A stretch of DNA of 63,954 nucleotides, filler included, from Reticulomyxa filosa (lineage: Eukaryota; Protista; Foraminifera): assembly GCA_000512085.1 (NCBI GenBank). It is 20 parts of 20 records of this genome, joined end to end, with 100 filler letters (N's around TTAATTAATTAA, not from the genome) between each part and the next. Parts side by side here need not be neighbours in the genome. Positions count along the whole stretch, not along the records: positions 1 to 2,102 come from ASPP01022408.1; positions 2,203 to 4,057 come from ASPP01011987.1; positions 4,158 to 5,851 come from ASPP01019435.1; positions 5,952 to 8,609 come from ASPP01000215.1; positions 8,710 to 11,146 come from ASPP01010396.1; positions 11,247 to 12,720 come from ASPP01000498.1; 14 more parts are not named here. One strand, given 5' to 3'. A model generated the notes under the pieces. The model searched no databases and was not told the DNA's origin. It worked only from the letters and a program-made list of their open reading frames with translations. Position 1 is the stretch's first letter. Every line of letters begins with the position of its first letter. The position numbers and the translations under genes are program-made. Positions 1-12,229 of this stretch are shown here, piece by piece.

Positions 1-1580
1 AAAAAAAAGATCATAGAAAAGTTTTTATGGAAATATACGTGACAGTGATCGTCGACAACTATACGTACCTGATGGCCTCAATGATAAAAAAAGAATGTTA
101 TGTGCTCTGCATCCTCTCAACCAAAGCAAGAGCAGCACCAATAACCATTGCTATGTGGAAAGCTCGTGCAAGAACTTGGGCAGAATGAAAAGAAATTGAA
201 TTAACAACGATCTCGTTGCCATGAGGCAAAAGAACCAATTGGAAGATGTCGCAGCCTTCAAAGTCGATTTATATAATCAACTGAACGGCGATAAGTAATT
301 GGCGCGTAATTATTCTCCAATTTCATATTCATATCATCAAAGTCTTGGTGTCCATCGATTGAAAGTTTAATTATTATATATATATAATCAATACACTAAC
401 AGCAACATACTTACTCGATCTTAGTATGTGCCGCTTAATTTATAGATATTTAAAATTGGGCAAGTGTAGATTGAAGTATACGACCAGTGCGGAAAGTGGC
501 TATTCATTCAAGTACGAGATACGACTGATGCTTCTGGTCTGGTTTCACTTGAAGCAGATTGGCACGGTGTTGTCCTATTGACATTTATGGTACAGCGACA
601 ATAGCAATAGTGGTGATTCAAGAAGGCGAATACCGTGACAGTCGCAAATCAAATTGTAAAAAAATCGAATTCTATGTGCCACGACAACGCGCACATGCGC
701 CACATTTTCTCCACACAGATATTTGTTATTTGTTCAACAATGAACAAATCAATGTCATTTGATATCGGGTGGAGAGTCGATGTCGCTGTTTTTATTTGGA
801 TGAGTATACTTTTTTAAAAAGTAGAAATGTCCATAATGTATTGAAAGGAAACCAAAGCCAATAGGTACTTTTTTTAACTGTCTCCATTTGTATTGTGAGT
901 CCAAGTTGTGATCAACACATTATGATATATAGATCTTCAAGTTGAACATGTGGTGTCAGTTGAATAGCGCAAGTGAAGTTCAAAGATTGGAAACTTGTTC
1001 AACGTAGTGTGTTGTTTGTCTGAAATGTTTTTCTTTTGTTGAAAGTGTGGTTTGGTTTTTTTGTTGTGCAATTTGCACTAAACTGTTTTGTTTTTAATTC
1101 TTTTAATTTTTTCTTGTTTGAAAAAAAGGGGCAACGCAAGCCTCGTCACCATGTCATCCTGTCAACATCCATAAAGATTTTCAACTCATTATATTTTTTT
1201 ATCTTTTTACTGAAAGGTGTTGAACGCAACAATTTTTTTGCTTAAAAAAAGTGGCTCATTAACAAAATCTAAATGAAATATCTTTATAAGTATCAAATTG
1301 TTTTACACAATTGCACTGCCACCGAGTTGAAACGTTCCAAAAACTCACTTTTGCAACAAGTGGAGAACTGGATTAATACAGAAAATATAGCCCATATTTG
1401 TAAACAAAAATGAAAATTTTTTTTTATTTACATGACAGCCGAACATTATTTAAGAGAAAAACAAGTGGTAAACATGTCTTTTATATTGCTTGATAAGGAA
1501 AAAAAAAAGAAATAAAACAACAAACAAATAAAAACCTTTGTTTGGAAAGAGCAGTAAATATGTACAATAATTGTAAGGTA

Positions 1581-2054
1581 TTATGAAGGGGATTTGTCTG
1601 CTGTGGGTCCATTTTTTGTATTTTGTGCATTTTCTGCATATGCTGCAATTTCTGCAATTTCTGCCATATCATCATCTTCTTCTAGTTCGTCATCTTCTTT
1701 GAATCCTGAAGTTATTACATTTCCTGCACTTACAGCATCTGGTGAGTGTGGTCCAAGCTCTATTGCATCCGGTGAATGTGGTCCAGGCTCTGTTGCATCT
1801 GGTGAATGTGATCCAAGATCTATTACATCTGATGGATGCGGTCCGATATTTGTTGCATCCACAGAATTCATTTCGCTAAGTTCGATTGGAGCACCAGTTG
1901 GACGAGTACCTTCTCCTTCGACCTCCCCAACATACAATTGTGAAGAACTTTGACTGCGACTGTGACTTCGATTTTTAATAACGGTAGGTCTTCTGCCCTC
2001 TTCGTCTTCTTTTTTGATTGTAATGTTGACAGGTGCGTCAGTACCAGGGTTATC
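1581..2054 (-). CDS. Last exon of a hypothetical protein with 10-aa tandem repeats and an acidic tail
   Basis: AG acceptor at 2055-2056, then an open frame DNPGTDAPVNITIKKEDEEGRR...GPHSPDA repeats...EDDELEEDDD, ending at the stop at 1581. Confidence 0.6.
   Translation of the reverse strand, partial: DNPGTDAPVNITIKKEDEEGRRPTVIKNRSHSRSQSSSQLYVGEVEGEGTRPTGAPIELSEMNSVDATNIGPHPSDVIDLGSHSPDATEPGPHSPDAIELGPHSPDAVSAGNVITSGFKEDDELEEDDDMAEIAEIAAYAENAQNTKNGPTADKSPS
1729..1860 (-). repeat. Coding minisatellite, about 4 x 30 bp (GPHSPDAxEL-like)
   Basis: Recurring gcatc(t/c)ggtga(g/a)tgtg(g/a)tccaag units on the + strand. Confidence 0.8.
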
Positions 2055-2102
2055 CTATAAATACCAATCATATATACATAATATATATATATATATATAT
2101 AT

Positions 2103-2202
2103 NNNNNNNNNNNNNNNNNNNNNNNNNNNNNNNNNNNNNNNNNNNNTTAATTAATTAANNNNNNNNNNNNNNNNNNNNNNNNNNNNNNNNNNNNNNNNNN
2201 NN
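2103..2202. other. Artificial contig linker N44-TTAATTAATTAA-N44, first of 19. The others start at 4058, 5852, 8610, 11147, 12721, 14993, 16150, 18920, 25433, 37214, 38448, 43502, 45229, 51843, 54931, 57303, 60114 and 62307.
   Basis: Identical 100-bp blocks. TTAATTAATTAA places stops in all six frames, a standard concatenation spacer. Confidence 0.98.
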
Positions 2203-2398
2203 AAAATTTCAAAAAGCTTAAATATATTTTGTCAAAAATCACAGTTACAAGCTAAAGTTTGTTTGTACAAAAAAACATTCGGTGATCACTTTTTAGTTAT
2301 ACTTTTTTAAATGCCACCAGACCAAAAAAACACTGATCAAAATTGGAGTCATATTTTTTGATTTTTTATTAATTTTGAAAGTTGTTGGCAATCCTTCA

Positions 2399-3087
2399 CT
2401 AATTTTTGCCCTCCTTGATGCAAGAACAAGCCCCAAAATTAAGTTTATACAACCAATCGCTGATGCGATTATTATAGTCACGTTTTTTTTAAATCAGTTT
2501 TTGTGTCCAACTGTCCCACCAACTATATTCTAACATTTTGGGCTCGTCATTTTTTGATAATACTTGCACTTTGTCACGGCTTTTGTCATAATGATAGTGG
2601 TATTTCCATACCACTGCCAAGTTAAGCACTCCTCCACTTACGTACACCAACCACCTTTTTTTTTTTTGAATGAATCTGATGGAGGGGAGGGGAAAAAAAA
2701 TAGTGTCAAAAGTTTGTGTTCAAGGAAGGGCAAGGTTAAAAAGAGTGAAAAATAAAATAAACAAAAAAAATGATACAAACCAATGTGTGGTAGCCCTTGA
2801 CTGGCAAGACCCAGGAAATTAAACAGGAAATGATCAAAGCCTTGATGTATTAATGTTGATGTTACTAATGTATGGTACCTGTGCAATTTCCAATTTCTTA
2901 TCGAAAACACAAAATGATCAGTCAGCGTTTCTTTTGACACTGGATACGAGGAAAAGTTATCCTTATTTAATTCTTCCTGTTTGCAATTTTGCGTTTGTTC
3001 TCTTAAAAAAGTGCCCGTTTTGTACGATATTGTCCAAAGACAAACCAACGCTCTACCATTCTTTTTTGTTCTTTTCCTCTCGTTCAT
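2399..3087 (-). pseudogene. PARL/Pcp1-like rhomboid intramembrane protease, disrupted or misassembled
   Basis: HFVFSIRNWKLHRYHTLVTSTLIHQGFDHFLFNFLGL matches the rhomboid L1/TM2 signature HxxxxHxxxN. It is followed by YVSGG and then FGACSCI at the expected GASG position. There is an in-frame TAA at 2489-2491. Confidence 0.55.
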
Positions 3088-3596
3088 GTCCTCACATTAA
3101 ATACCTTCTCGAGAATAAATGGATATTTAAGCAAAAAAAGACCTATTAGATGAGGAGTTGCCACATGCAGATGTATGTTGATATTCATCCCCGTTTTCTT
3201 CCCTTTTTTTTCTGTCTCGTCTAATTCCGACTTTTTCCATTAAAAAAGCCTTCTCTAAGAGCAACAGGAACAAGTAAAGAAAAAGTATTCTAACAAGCAA
3301 TTGATAAAACAGCACCGGAAACATAATGCTTTTCAAATGTTGCAAAGAAAGGGATGAACATTCCTCAACAACAAAAAAATATTGATTTTGACAAAATATT
3401 GTTGCACCCAAGGTCCCTTCTTTTGTGAACACAACAATTTCATTTTTTCAAATTAAAATTTGGTGGAAAGAAAATAAAAAAGGGGGGAGGGAACAGCAAA
3501 TTCACGGCGTAGTTTCATCTTTGACAGACTCAGGGGCAAGGTTGTGAAATGGCGGCATTGATTCTTCTAAATATGCCTCCAAGCCGTATTTTTCAA

Positions 3597-3983
3597 TCAA
3601 AGAACTTTCATGTGCAAACAATTGGTCACGTCAGTTGTTTTCAAAAGTGAGTAGCAAATGCCCATAGACCAAAACAAAGTATTTTTATTTTGAGACGACA
3701 GTTTCCACAATTCATCACAATCTTTGAGTTCTTCTTTGTCATCCTGATAGCAAAATACAACGGAATATATACCAAAGTTAGGATTACGAGCATTTAACGC
3801 AATTAAAATATTTTTTTGAAACTTTGATGCAAACGACGGAATTTTACATTTTCCAAAGTATCCTGTCAACGCCGCCCAAATCTTAGCTTTGTCAATTGGC
3901 CTTGCGCAAGTGATTGGCAAAGCTGTGTGTTTGCTTTGAATTTTTTCCAGTGCGCCCTGTGTGTATGTGATATGTTCACCCAA
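3597..3983 (-). CDS. Hypothetical protein exon, possibly decayed
   Basis: 128-aa open frame after a poly-T intron-like tract. No family recognised. Confidence 0.3.
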   Translation of the reverse strand: MGEHITYTQGALEKIQSKHTALPITCARPIDKAKIWAALTGYFGKCKIPSFASKFQKNILIALNARNPNFGIYSVVFCYQDDKEELKDCDELWKLSSQNKNTLFWSMGICYSLLKTTDVTNCLHMKVL

Positions 3984-4246
3984 TCAAAAAAAAAAAAAAA
4001 AAAGAGGTTGCTTCTTCTTTTCTCATATCTTTGGCAAGATAGTGGTAATTTCCACACNNNNNNNNNNNNNNNNNNNNNNNNNNNNNNNNNNNNNNNNNNN
4101 NTTAATTAATTAANNNNNNNNNNNNNNNNNNNNNNNNNNNNNNNNNNNNNNNNNNNNAAATACTTAAAATTAAAGGAGATACAGTCAAAATATTGCCTAT
4201 GTAATAATCAAAACTGGACAAGGGTCCAAAAGAGAGTGAGCGAAAG

Positions 4247-4555
4247 ATGTTGAGACAAAGGAAAAATAAGTTTTTTTGGAATTGTAATAACATAAGGCTA
4301 TTTTCAAAGATGTCAAGCCCATATAGAGACATAATGTGCTACTTCTGTCAACTTTGGATGGCCGCATCCGTTCTTGGGTATGTTACAGTTTCCAGTTTCT
4401 TAAAGGAGTGGAACTCAGCAGTAAGACGATGGTGGGGCTATGCAAATATTGTGTTTGCCTTATTATTGTGCGGATCAATTTTTTATCGATTATGTTGGTT
4501 AATCAAGAGAAATAATCTCGCAAACTCCAAAAAAAAAAAACTATTTAAAGCATAA
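4247..4555 (+). CDS. 3' end of a membrane protein, weakly resembling an MBOAT C-terminus
   Basis: Hydrophobic segments YFCQLWMAASVLGYVTVSSF and WWGYANIVFALLLCGSIF, followed by a basic tail. Confidence 0.35.
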   Translation: MLRQRKNKFFWNCNNIRLFSKMSSPYRDIMCYFCQLWMAASVLGYVTVSSFLKEWNSAVRRWWGYANIVFALLLCGSIFYRLCWLIKRNNLANSKKKKLFKA

Positions 4556-4563
4556 AAATCATC

Positions 4564-5820
4564 ATGTCTTCCACAGCATTATTGTCATTAAGTCTCTTAG
4601 ATTTGACTGCATCATATACAATCAATCCTTTCTTAAGCATTATCGCTCGTTCCTATGGCGCGTCAGTGTTCGAAACCATGTGTTTAGAGTCGTTGTACAA
4701 CGTGTCGCAGGTGATATCAGCGCCATGGATGGGGCATTTTAGTGACAAGTGTGGACGAAGCAGATGTCTGCAACTAGGTTTTTTGGGATGTGCGATAACC
4801 GCAGCAATGTTATTAGGCATCGATGTGTTTGGTATGTCGTACTATTGGTTATACGTAGCGATTCTGCCAATGGGGATATTCCGACACGTGCAAACGACAG
4901 TGAGATCAGTGCTTGCAAGCGACAGCAAAAATGGCAATGAAAATACAAATGCAAATGCAAATGCAAGTGTAAATGAAGATGAAAATGTAAATGTAAATCT
5001 AAAAAAAAATGTGAAAGAATCAAGGAACAAAGATAACGGAAATCGAATGTTAAATAAAATGGCGAAATGGTCATTAGCATGTTATGTAGGACGAATGATC
5101 GGTCCGTTATTGACAAGTAGCACGTCCAATATTGTTTCTCTGTCGTGTTTGATGTGTTTGACATTGTATGTGCTTGGCCTTGGCGTTGTGACTGTGCACA
5201 CAAATGCAATTGAAAATACAAACACAAACACAAATCCAAAGACCAAGTCAAAGACAAATGTGAGAAAAAAGGACGCGAGTGTGTGGCAATGGGACACAAT
5301 GTCTTGGATACGACCCACGTTACAAAAGTCGGCGGAGTTGGGTCTCCAAAAGTGGCTCATCTACCATTCCATTTGCTACTTTGCGTTGCAACTGTTTCGA
5401 AGCAGCTTCCCGCTTATCATACAACATAAGTTTGGTCAGTTCAATTTGACGTCCTTCGGCTATCTGTTTAGTTATCGCGCATGGATTGGTCTGGTCATTA
5501 CTTGGTACTTATCCACCTATCGACAACGTATAAAAAATAACAATAGCAACAGCAACGCACCAACGGCTACGTCATCATCATCACCATCATCATCACCATT
5601 ATCGTCGTCAATAGGTCAAGATACGCAGATTCGCCATCCACAACTGGAAAAAAATAATGTCAACTATCAACTCCTTTTGCGTGCCAATTTACTGTTGGGC
5701 GTATCCATGCTTGGGTTTGCACTCTCTTATAAGTTGTCCCAACTCGTCATTGTCGTCTTCCTTCAAGAATGTGCTGAAGCTATATTTCGCACATCCTTTT
5801 ATGCTTTGTTTGCACAACAA
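4564..5820 (+). CDS. Major facilitator superfamily transporter (MFSD9/SLC22A18/TetA-like), 3'-truncated
   Basis: Motif A-like GHFSDKCGRSR, a GRMIGPLL motif and multiple TM helices. It ends at a GT donor followed by poly-T. Confidence 0.85.
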
Positions 5821-5989
5821 GTTGCGATTTTTTTTTTTTTTTTTTTTTTTTNNNNNNNNNNNNNNNNNNNNNNNNNNNNNNNNNNNNNNNNNNNNTTAAT
5901 TAATTAANNNNNNNNNNNNNNNNNNNNNNNNNNNNNNNNNNNNNNNNNNNNAAAAAAAAAAAAAACAATATATATTTATATATGTATAC

Positions 5990-6377
5990 CAAGCTCATGT
6001 GTCAATGTTTGGACTTGGGAAGAAACGTCCAACAAATCAAATTTTAATTGATCGTTTTCACATTTCATTGCTTCGTATTCTTGTTTCGATACCGAATTTT
6101 TCAATTGCTGCTTCAATTCTTTCATCTCTTTGAGCTGCGCTTGTTGCTTTTCCGCTTTTAGTCGTGCTATTGTTGCCTTTTTTTTATACGTTTGTGAGGG
6201 ATTGTTTCACACAATGATTCCCCAACACTTTTTTTTTTTTATTATTGTTGCACAGGAACACGCAACTTGGTGCTCTTCCGAGTCTTTGCTATCATCGGTT
6301 GCATCTTCGCTGGAATTGAGCTCATTTATTTTTTCTGTCGGCTTCCTAAGTCGCTGTATACTGGAGACGCCAGACAT
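5990..6377 (-). CDS. 5' exons of a coiled-coil protein (not in the ORF track)
   Basis: MSGVSSIQRLRKPTEK...EEHQ, then a GT..AAAAG intron, then ATIARLKAEKQQAQLKEMKELKQQLK...LTHEL and a GT donor. Confidence 0.55.
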
Positions 6378-6949
6378 TTAAGATGACGGCATGAAAAGGA
6401 TTTTTTTGTGAGCAGGACTGCAACGTAAACTTTGAATACTTCAAAACTAGAAATGAAAGCAACATTTTGAAAATTCATTTAAATTGCTAACAGTTACTAA
6501 AAATACTTACTTGCATGTCTATTTGCTTAACTTCACAAAATTTTGAAAATCAAATTATTTACTAATCAATAGTGATACAAACTTGAAAAAAAAAACTCTT
6601 CCCATCAACTTGCGTACGCAAACACCCAAATCACTTCAAACAACATCATCTTCCGATATCCGGTTATCCGGTCTGCCTCAACAACCATTCCGACACTGAA
6701 AGTAAGTGATTTCAAATATCGCTGTTTTGGACACTGGTACGTCCAGTAATATATTCAAATGTTTACATTTGTTCCGAAAGAACATTTATTATTACTATTC
6801 AATGCTTGCATTCAATTAAATCAAACAAGTTTCTGTCACTTACTTTCCTTTTAGTCAAACTTTTCAAACAAAAACACTTTTATTTCTTGTTACAAAAAAT
6901 TAAATTATCCCCAAATACGAATAGGACATTTATGTGAACCATAACACAA

Positions 6950-7365
6950 ATTCAAATCATATTTGAATGTGTGCGTAAACCGAAGCTGACGTTCATCATA
7001 AAAATGTCAAATTAATAGTGGAAGCATAATCGTGTGGTCTTGCTTTGGAGTGTTAATACTTGTTTATGCATGTAACATTAATTGATTTGTCAATGCATAT
7101 GTTTACAAAGAAATTTTAGTTGATGAAATGCTCGAAAGCATTAATTGGGGTTTATAAGATAATGAAAATTAAATGTTTCAGCAAGATAATGCCACGAGCC
7201 AAACAGAAATTATAGCAAAAAAATAGTTTGAACAAACTCTATCAAAGTATTGAATTTCACTCCAAATTCTCCAAACCTGAACAAAATCAAAATATGTTGT
7301 GGATAGTAAAAACGAAAATATTCAAAAATGGACCATTCGTATCAAAAGAGTATACACAAAACTGA
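6950..7365 (+). mobile_element. Degenerate Tc1/mariner (DD34E-type) transposase relic
   Basis: SGSIIVWSCFG (7017-7049), NAYVYKEIL, FQQDNA (7176-7193) and PNSPNLNKI/NMLW (7262-7302). These correspond to the Tc1 motifs GGSIMVWGCF, FQQDNAP and SPDLNPIENLW, broken by stops and frameshifts. Confidence 0.85.
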
Positions 7366-8378
7366 AATATATCATTATTATATCAAAGTTTTGTTTTTCC
7401 ATGCTTATATATACATTTTTTATTTTAAATTGAAAGAAATGTAAAGCAAAAGTAACTGGATTGATCCGTCACAAAATATCTAGTGATATCATCATTTTTT
7501 TTTCAAGGCATGTGATTATGCGCTCACGAATTTGGAAGACCAAGTTTATATTCGCGATTTGTATGATAATTGTCGCTTGATGTTTGTTGTGGTTGCTGTT
7601 GTAGTCGTCGATGTAATGATCGATGTTGTTGATATGATAATTGTCGTTAGTATGGTCGTAGCGCCGTTGGACGTGGCTCTTGTGTTATGAGCTGTTGAGC
7701 GTTGACCACCAACTTTGAGCATAATGACTTGGGCGCCATTTGAAAGTGAATATTGAAACTGCGTGCACATATCTGCAACGCCAGCCCAAAAAATCCGACC
7801 TCGCCAAGAAAAAGTGAAAGGGTTTTTACTATTATAACTGCACATTTTCATAAAAAAGAAATGTATAGTTTGCAATTTAATCAACATATTTCATCAAAAT
7901 AAATTGCTTTTGACGAATACATTTATCAAGATGTAAAAAAAAGTTCTAGACTGAAAAAAGTTTTTTTAAAGACAAATAAACAATCAAGTAAAGGATACTA
8001 GAGTTCACTGGTTATAACTTATGACCTACAATTGATATGGTAATAGTGAATGAGAGACTAAGTGTAATACGAAAGGAACTTAATTTCAAACTCAAAGCTT
8101 TGGAAGGTAAAAAAAGAGAGTCATTATTTTTTTCACACTTTTTCGGTTTATTTTTCTTGGTTATGGAAATGAAGAATTTATGTAAATTTTTAATCATGAG
8201 ATTTTTTACAAAAGAAAAAAATTTAATTACAAAAAGTCCTTTGAAAGCAATCTTTCATTCTCATACCGAAAGGAGTTTGGACTGTCCCCTTTGCTATAAT
8301 GAATACTTATCTTTCCGTCCTCCTTCTCCAAAATAAATAACAGCAACCAAAAAAAAAAAAAAAGAAAGAAGGTGTAAT

Positions 8379-8609
8379 TTAATGAATAGTAACCAGAAAC
8401 ACTCGCGTGGTCTCTTGGCTATCAAGCGAGACGGACTGCAGCTGCAGCACTTGATTGAACTGGCCACTGACAATGGCCGTGTTGAAATCGACTTGGACAA
8501 AGTCTCCATTTTGCACCTCTTCGATTTGGATGGAGGTGCCATTGAAGTCGGTGGGCAACGTAACGTTGACTTGGCGACTGATCGTATCCTCACACGTCCA
8601 CGCGACGTT
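8379..8609 (-). CDS. C-terminal beta-rich domain of a probable secreted protein (not in the ORF track)
   Basis: Stop-free frame NVAWTCEDTISRQVNVTLPTDFNGTSIQIEEVQNGDFVQVDF...RVFLVTIH*, with GC-rich third positions and NxT sequons. Confidence 0.6.
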   Translation of the reverse strand, partial: NVAWTCEDTISRQVNVTLPTDFNGTSIQIEEVQNGDFVQVDFNTAIVSGQFNQVLQLQSVSLDSQETTRVFLVTIH

Positions 8610-8709
8610 NNNNNNNNNNNNNNNNNNNNNNNNNNNNNNNNNNNNNNNNNNNNTTAATTAATTAANNNNNNNNNNNNNNNNNNNNNNNNNNNNNNNNNNN
8701 NNNNNNNNN

Positions 8710-8740
<31 letters not shown>

Positions 8741-8789
8741 CAATCATTTTATTTTATTTAATGAAAGCAAAACAACAAAAACAAACAAA

Positions 8790-11090
8790 ACTTGGAGCAA
8801 ACAATAATCATTTAATGTGTTAATAAATAAAGACATTTGACGTCTAAGCAGTTGAAAGGTATGCAAAACATGATTGGACAATCTCTTATTGCACAAGAGA
8901 TTTAATTCGACATGGAGTTGTGACAGCAAGTGCTTTGCAACTCTTAGCTGCAGCAAAAAGCGTGCAATTTTGTTATAATGACCCATAACCAAAGGATTCA
9001 ACACGACATGCAGCGGCCATTGCACATCGCATTGTAGCTGTAATTTCGAAACTTGCTCAACCACAGTCATTTCTTTGGGATTGGTGTTGTCTGACACCTT
9101 GGCTTCTTCACGGTCCAAATCACTGCAAACCACGCGAATGCAGCTGCATGTGCAAGTCCATATTCATTGTCATTAATGTTGAGTTTTTTTCGAATCACAA
9201 GATAAAGTGCAATGATAACAACGACAATAAACAAAATCAACATAAAAGTAAAAATCTAAAAAAAATAAAAAATAAAAAATAAAATATAATATAATAATAT
9301 ATATATATATTTATATACGTATACATAGACAAACAAATAAAAAACTTTTGTGGCAATAAGTGTGCAAAAACACTTTGTTTCATTTCTCTTTCTAATGCAT
9401 TATTGATCTCGATTTCTTTACCCCATTGTTCTTTTTGTAACTGTTTTTTTTTTTTAATACAAAAACAAACTAAAAATAAAGTTAAACACATTGTTATTAT
9501 TTTTGTATGATTTTGCCATCTTAGTTGTTCTCCAAAAATTGATTGGTTCAAAAAGTACGTAACAATTTGAACGAGTGCAATGACAAACGAACCCACGAAA
9601 TCTCCGGCTTTGCAAAAATAAAAGTGCTTGACTTTGGTGAGAAAAGGGACGAGTTCAATCGATTGCAAGAGTTGATTATTTGCAATGGCGCTCCATTCGT
9701 CCACGTATTGTGAAATCATATTTTCAAACACTTTGTCAAATGACATCCACCACGAAGTACTTCTGATCCCTGCGTCAGTTCTGCACGGCGACGACAAAGT
9801 CTCTTCTTCTTCATTCTCCTCGCTCTTTACTTCTGTTTGATGGACATGGCAGAGGGAGGAACTTGGACTTTTCCACAAGAGCACTTGCTTAACTGCCAGA
9901 GAAACGCTATCACGATCAGTTTGCTGACGAGGCAAATCGTCATTAAAACAGGCGTTGCTGGAGCAACACTTTTAATGTTGGGTTGGTCGTGCACAGACAC
10001 CACTTTACCAAGTGCAATGTGTTGCGATAGTCGATCTTTTAAGGTAGGGATTGACAATGATTTCAATGTATTGCTACCGTTGCAAGTTTGTCCTCTCTTT
10101 TTTTTTTTTTTTGAATTGAAAATTATTCAAAACAAAATCAAAAAAAACAAACAAACAAACAAACAAAACAAACAAACAAGTGGCAATTGATGCTGCAACA
10201 ACTTGACAATGAGCAAAGATTTCCCAGCAACACAAATGCGGTCTGCAACACTTTGCAAAAACGAAGGGATTTTGGCGTGAATCACGACATAGTCTGTCCA
10301 CTCTTGCACTTTGGACTCGACATGGTTTGTCATGTCAATGCTGTCAATATCAGTGGCATTGGTAGTAAAGTGCTCTTGCAGGACTGTGTGAGCATTGGCA
10401 TTGGCACTTGACTTTGCATTCGGCTTGCCGTTGCCATTGACATTGACATTGACATTGACATTGGCCTGGACAAAAAACTCATGAAAAGGGTCCCTCAAAA
10501 TCCCACTGGTAATCCACTCTTCAAAGACATGCAAATAAGGTTGTAAACAATTCCAAAACAAGGTGCGTGTGAAGCATCGAGAATTGTCGTTTTGAAGCAT
10601 GTTGTCACAAAGTAGCAATTGGTACAAATGTGACAACAGCACATCACTTTGGACGAAGGACCTCGACAAAGACAAAGGCAAAGGCAGTGTGTTGGATTTT
10701 GTTAAAAACAAGGGTTGAATGATATCGTGCCACAAATGCTCCAGCCATCCAAACATGTGCGTCATGCCATCGGCCAATTCCATTACGTCCTTACCTGCGC
10801 ATTTGCATGCGCTTTTGTGCAGCTCACAGCGATAGTCTTGCAGCATCGTCATCACCGTCGTCACAAACGATTGCACGCACAGCGGGATTTCACTTATATG
10901 CAATTCCATTCTGTCCAATGTCAGTCCATCCATTTATTTGTATACGTATACATATATACGTATAGATACATATGTATACAAAACTGTGACATGAGGTCAC
11001 TAATGCTTCGGTAATAATCAGCATATTGCAGCAATGATTGATATTCAATCATTTCATTGCATTGCTTCAAAGGAACAAAATGACTCTTTT
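8790..11090 (-). CDS. TUBGCP5: Gamma-tubulin complex component, GCP5-like (Spc97/Spc98 family), internal multi-exon fragment
   Basis: GRIP1 motifs LQPYLHVFEEWITSGILRDPFHEFF and IPSFLQSVADRICVAGKSL. GRIP2 motif VQWPLHVVLNPLVMGHYNKIARFLLQLRVAK. Confidence 0.8.
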
Positions 11091-11103
11091 ATTATCAATG
11101 AAT

Positions 11104-11135
<32 letters not shown>

Positions 11136-11246
11136 GTATATGTATANNNNNNNNNNNNNNNNNNNNNNNNNNNNNNNNNNNNNNNNNNNNTTAATTAATT
11201 AANNNNNNNNNNNNNNNNNNNNNNNNNNNNNNNNNNNNNNNNNNNN

Positions 11247-11285
<39 letters not shown>

Positions 11286-11289
11286 AAAC

Positions 11290-12229
11290 CTAAGTTGTAA
11301 TTCCAGAAATATCCGTCAATAGTGTCGTTTCGAAGCGGATACTCAGGATTGAATTCAAAGTCGGGGACATAAGGTGGTGGTAGAGAAAGCCAAGAGATGG
11401 CTTGCAAGGAACTTCCAAAACCTTGCGTTTCGGGATTTGCGTTGGGATAGCGGGCGCGAATGGCGCGCTTCCCATTGACACGCAAACCATTGATGGTCGA
11501 AATGCCCGTCACCGAACACTCGTAAATGTTCACGTTACTTGGGTTCTGCTTGTATAGTTTCCACGTACACTCGATTGGCACTGCGCCACTCACGTCCGCC
11601 GATTCGCCGTCATAGTTTGTTATCACCATGTTGCTGTCTTCATAGTCCAGTGTTACTGTTTCTTTCAGATAATGGCGCCCACCTCGCAAAACTATATACT
11701 TCATTACTTTACGTCCATAACTCCGAGACTTCACTGGATTTTTTTTTTTTTTTTTTTAAATACATACCAAAAAAAAAATCCTTTTGATCTTTTTTTTTAC
11801 CCTTTTTTTTTTTTTTTTTTTTTTTTTGGTTTATTTTTTTTAACCGATGGCAGTGTGTATGGACTGCAATGGCGAGTCAATGGTCCCATCATTCGCGTCG
11901 TCTCCTCTTTTCACATCCACAAAGATGTACACCTTGCTTTTGTCGTTGCTGGGTTGTAAATCGTCCCATTTGGCTGGCGTTCGATGACGCTTTGGCTTTT
12001 CTCGCTTCAAATTCTTCCAGTCAATCAGCTCTGGAGACACACTACAGTTTTGCGCTTCTTGCGCTCCGTTCAATGCGTCTGCAATCTCTTGCAGCTGGTC
12101 CATCGTCAGACTGGGCTGAATTTCGACCGCAAATTCTAACGCTAATTGTCGCATTGGACAATCAAACGTTTTTTGGTTACCATTTGCCCATAATGTTAAC
12201 AACGCCCCAAAAAGTAACTTTTTCCACAT
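11290..12229 (-). CDS. Secreted right-handed parallel beta-helix (pectin-lyase fold, GH141-like N-terminus) protein, 3'-truncated
   Basis: Signal peptide MWKKLLFGALLTLWANG; IFVDVKRGDDANDGTIDSPLQSIHTAI; IVLRGGRHYLKETVTL; ADVSGA; RARYPN. One intron at about 11735-11843. Confidence 0.75.

Noticed and set aside
8382-8609. Plus-strand 91-aa ORF from the track
   Set aside because: It is the antisense shadow of the minus-strand exon, which has a proper stop and codon bias.
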